In this document: positions 62,397 to 64,000 of the stretch, piece after piece
How the letters are laid out: every line of letters begins with the position of its first letter
Position numbering within the stretch: position 1 is the first letter of the stretch
Assembly: GCF_003918875.1 (NCBI RefSeq)
Contig: NW_025767457.1
Span: 434,001-498,000 of the forward strand
Direction of reading: 5' to 3'
Length of the DNA stretch: 64,000 nt
DNA from: Haliotis rubra
Lineage: Eukaryota
Made by a program: the position numbers and the translations under genes
Notes under the pieces: model-generated
Told to the model about the DNA's origin: nothing
The model's database searches: none
The model's input: only the letters and a program-made list of their open reading frames with translations

Positions 62397-64000
62397 GATA
62401 GAACAGGGAGAAAAACCAAGTAGATACTTTTTAAATTTGGAATTTAGAAATTTTCTAAACAAGTCTATATCAGAAATTAAAAAACCCCGATGGAACAACC
62501 ATTAAAGATCAGGAAGAAATACTAAAGGACACCCAAACCTTTTATAAAAAAAACTTTATAAAAATGAAAACTGCACACAAATTAATCTTGACTCTTTGTT
62601 AAACAAATACGATATACAAAAACTAAATGAAGACAGTGCCGCAACTTTAGAGGGAGAACTGACATATGGGGAAACCCTAGAAGGATTGAAAAAAATGAAA
62701 TATGAAAAAAGTTCTGGACCAGACGGTTTTACAACAGAATTTCTAAAATTCTTTTGGATAGACTTAAACAAATTCTTGATAAATTCTTTAAATTATGCAT
62801 ATCAAAACGAAAATCTATCAGTTACCCAGAAACAAGGATTAATTACATGCCTACCAAAAGAGAACAAACCAAAACTATTTTAAAAAACATTTGCGGCCAA
62901 TTTCTCTCCTTAACACATCATATATAATTGCATCTGCGGTTATAGCCAATAGAATGAAAAAGATACTGCCACTATAAATAAATGATGATCAAAAAGGCTT
63001 TGTACCAGGAAGACATATTGGTGAGGTCACAAGGCTGATATATGATCTAATGGAGTACACAGAATCTTATCAAATTCCAGGAATATGAGTTCTAATTGAT
63101 TTTGAAAAGGCTTTTGGGTCAGTTGATAGAAATGTTATACTAAATGTGTCAAGATTCTTTAATTTCGGACCGAGTTTTCAGAAGTGGATTAGGACTTTTT
63201 TTAAAGATATGAAATCCAGTGTACTTGTAAATGGATTTGCGAACACCTTTTTTCCTATAGCCAGAGGTTGTCGTCAAGGAGATCCGGTATCACCATATAT
63301 TTTTATCTTATGTGCAGACATTTTGGCTATACTTATCAGAAATAATAAAAATATAAAAGGCATTAAAAAGGAAGTACTGAATATGTTCTTGAACAATTTG
63401 CTGACGATACTTCCCTACCTTCAGCTGGTACTGAGAGTAGTCTATATACCTTGCTGAACACTTTATCTTTCTTTGCAAGGTTTTCTGGCTTGAAAATTAA
63501 TGCTGACAAGGCAAGACTGATCTGGATAGGTTCTAAGAAAAGACGTAGATATAAAATCTGTAAAAACTGGAACTTAGATTGGACTCAAAGTAACTTTAAG
63601 CTACTGGGTATTATGTTTGATGTTGACCTTGACAAAATGGTGAAACTGAATTATGATAATAAATTTAAAAAGATAGAGAATGAAATGAAGTTATGGTCAA
63701 TAAGAACACTTGCTCCAATCGGTAGAAATGTTATTTTGAAATCACTATTACTTGCAAAATTAAACCATTTATCTTCCTCAATTCCATCACCCCTAGATGA
63801 AATAATAAATAAATTTCAACAAGACTGTTTCAAATTTGTATGGAAAGACAAACCTGATAAAATTAAAAGAGATGTATTAGCTATGCCACCTGAATATGGA
63901 GGAATTAGTGGCCCACTCATTAAGAACATTATTTATGCACACAAAATATCAAGGATAAAAGATTATATCCCAGTAGCTGCAAATGGAAAGCATTAGTGGA
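62397..64000 (+). mobile_element. Tx1/L1-clade LINE ORF2 fragment, decayed, continuing past the window end
   Basis: EQGEKPSRYFLNLE, KSSGPDGFTTEFLKFFW, QKQGLITCLPK, RPISLLN, DFEKAF, RGCRQGDPVSPYIF, QFADDT, SGLKIN; several stops and frameshifts. Confidence 0.92.

Overview
AT-rich eukaryotic (metazoan) genomic DNA. The repeat families ((CACT)n-tailed SINEs, a Meta/RUDI-type SINE, RNase H-bearing I/Nimb LINEs) suggest a mollusc, possibly a gastropod such as abalone; this is inference. I recognise no intact host protein-coding gene, rRNA, true tRNA or CRISPR array. The window is dominated by decayed transposons. It holds one nearly full-length but frameshifted I/Nimb-clade LINE (about 29.0-34.7 kb) plus at least 8 fragments of that family, a 5'-truncated L2 LINE, a Tx1/L1 fragment running off the right edge, CR1-like and Tc1 remnants, and three SINE families that share the Nimb 3' stem-loop tail. 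Large-scale structure is overlaid on this: an 8-11 kb tandem duplication (8.1-16.2 kb / 16.2-27.0 kb) with visible empty and filled insertion sites, and an inverted repeat with 4.8 and 4.2 kb arms (37.0-41.8 kb / 55.5-59.7 kb) around a 13.7 kb spacer. The most interesting observations are: (1) a SINE family with no Pol III head whose copies share one 5' end that folds into a pseudoknot (candidate self-cleaving RNA); (2) a covarying 3' stem-loop shared by the LINE and three SINE families; (3) a large conserved RNA structure in the LINE 3'UTR; (4) strand-biased LINE content with duplicated TATA/Inr cassettes and long inverted repeats, resembling a small-RNA source locus; (5) repeated coding-like relics that I cannot identify. 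All alignments and folds were done by eye, and boundaries are approximate unless a TSD is quoted.
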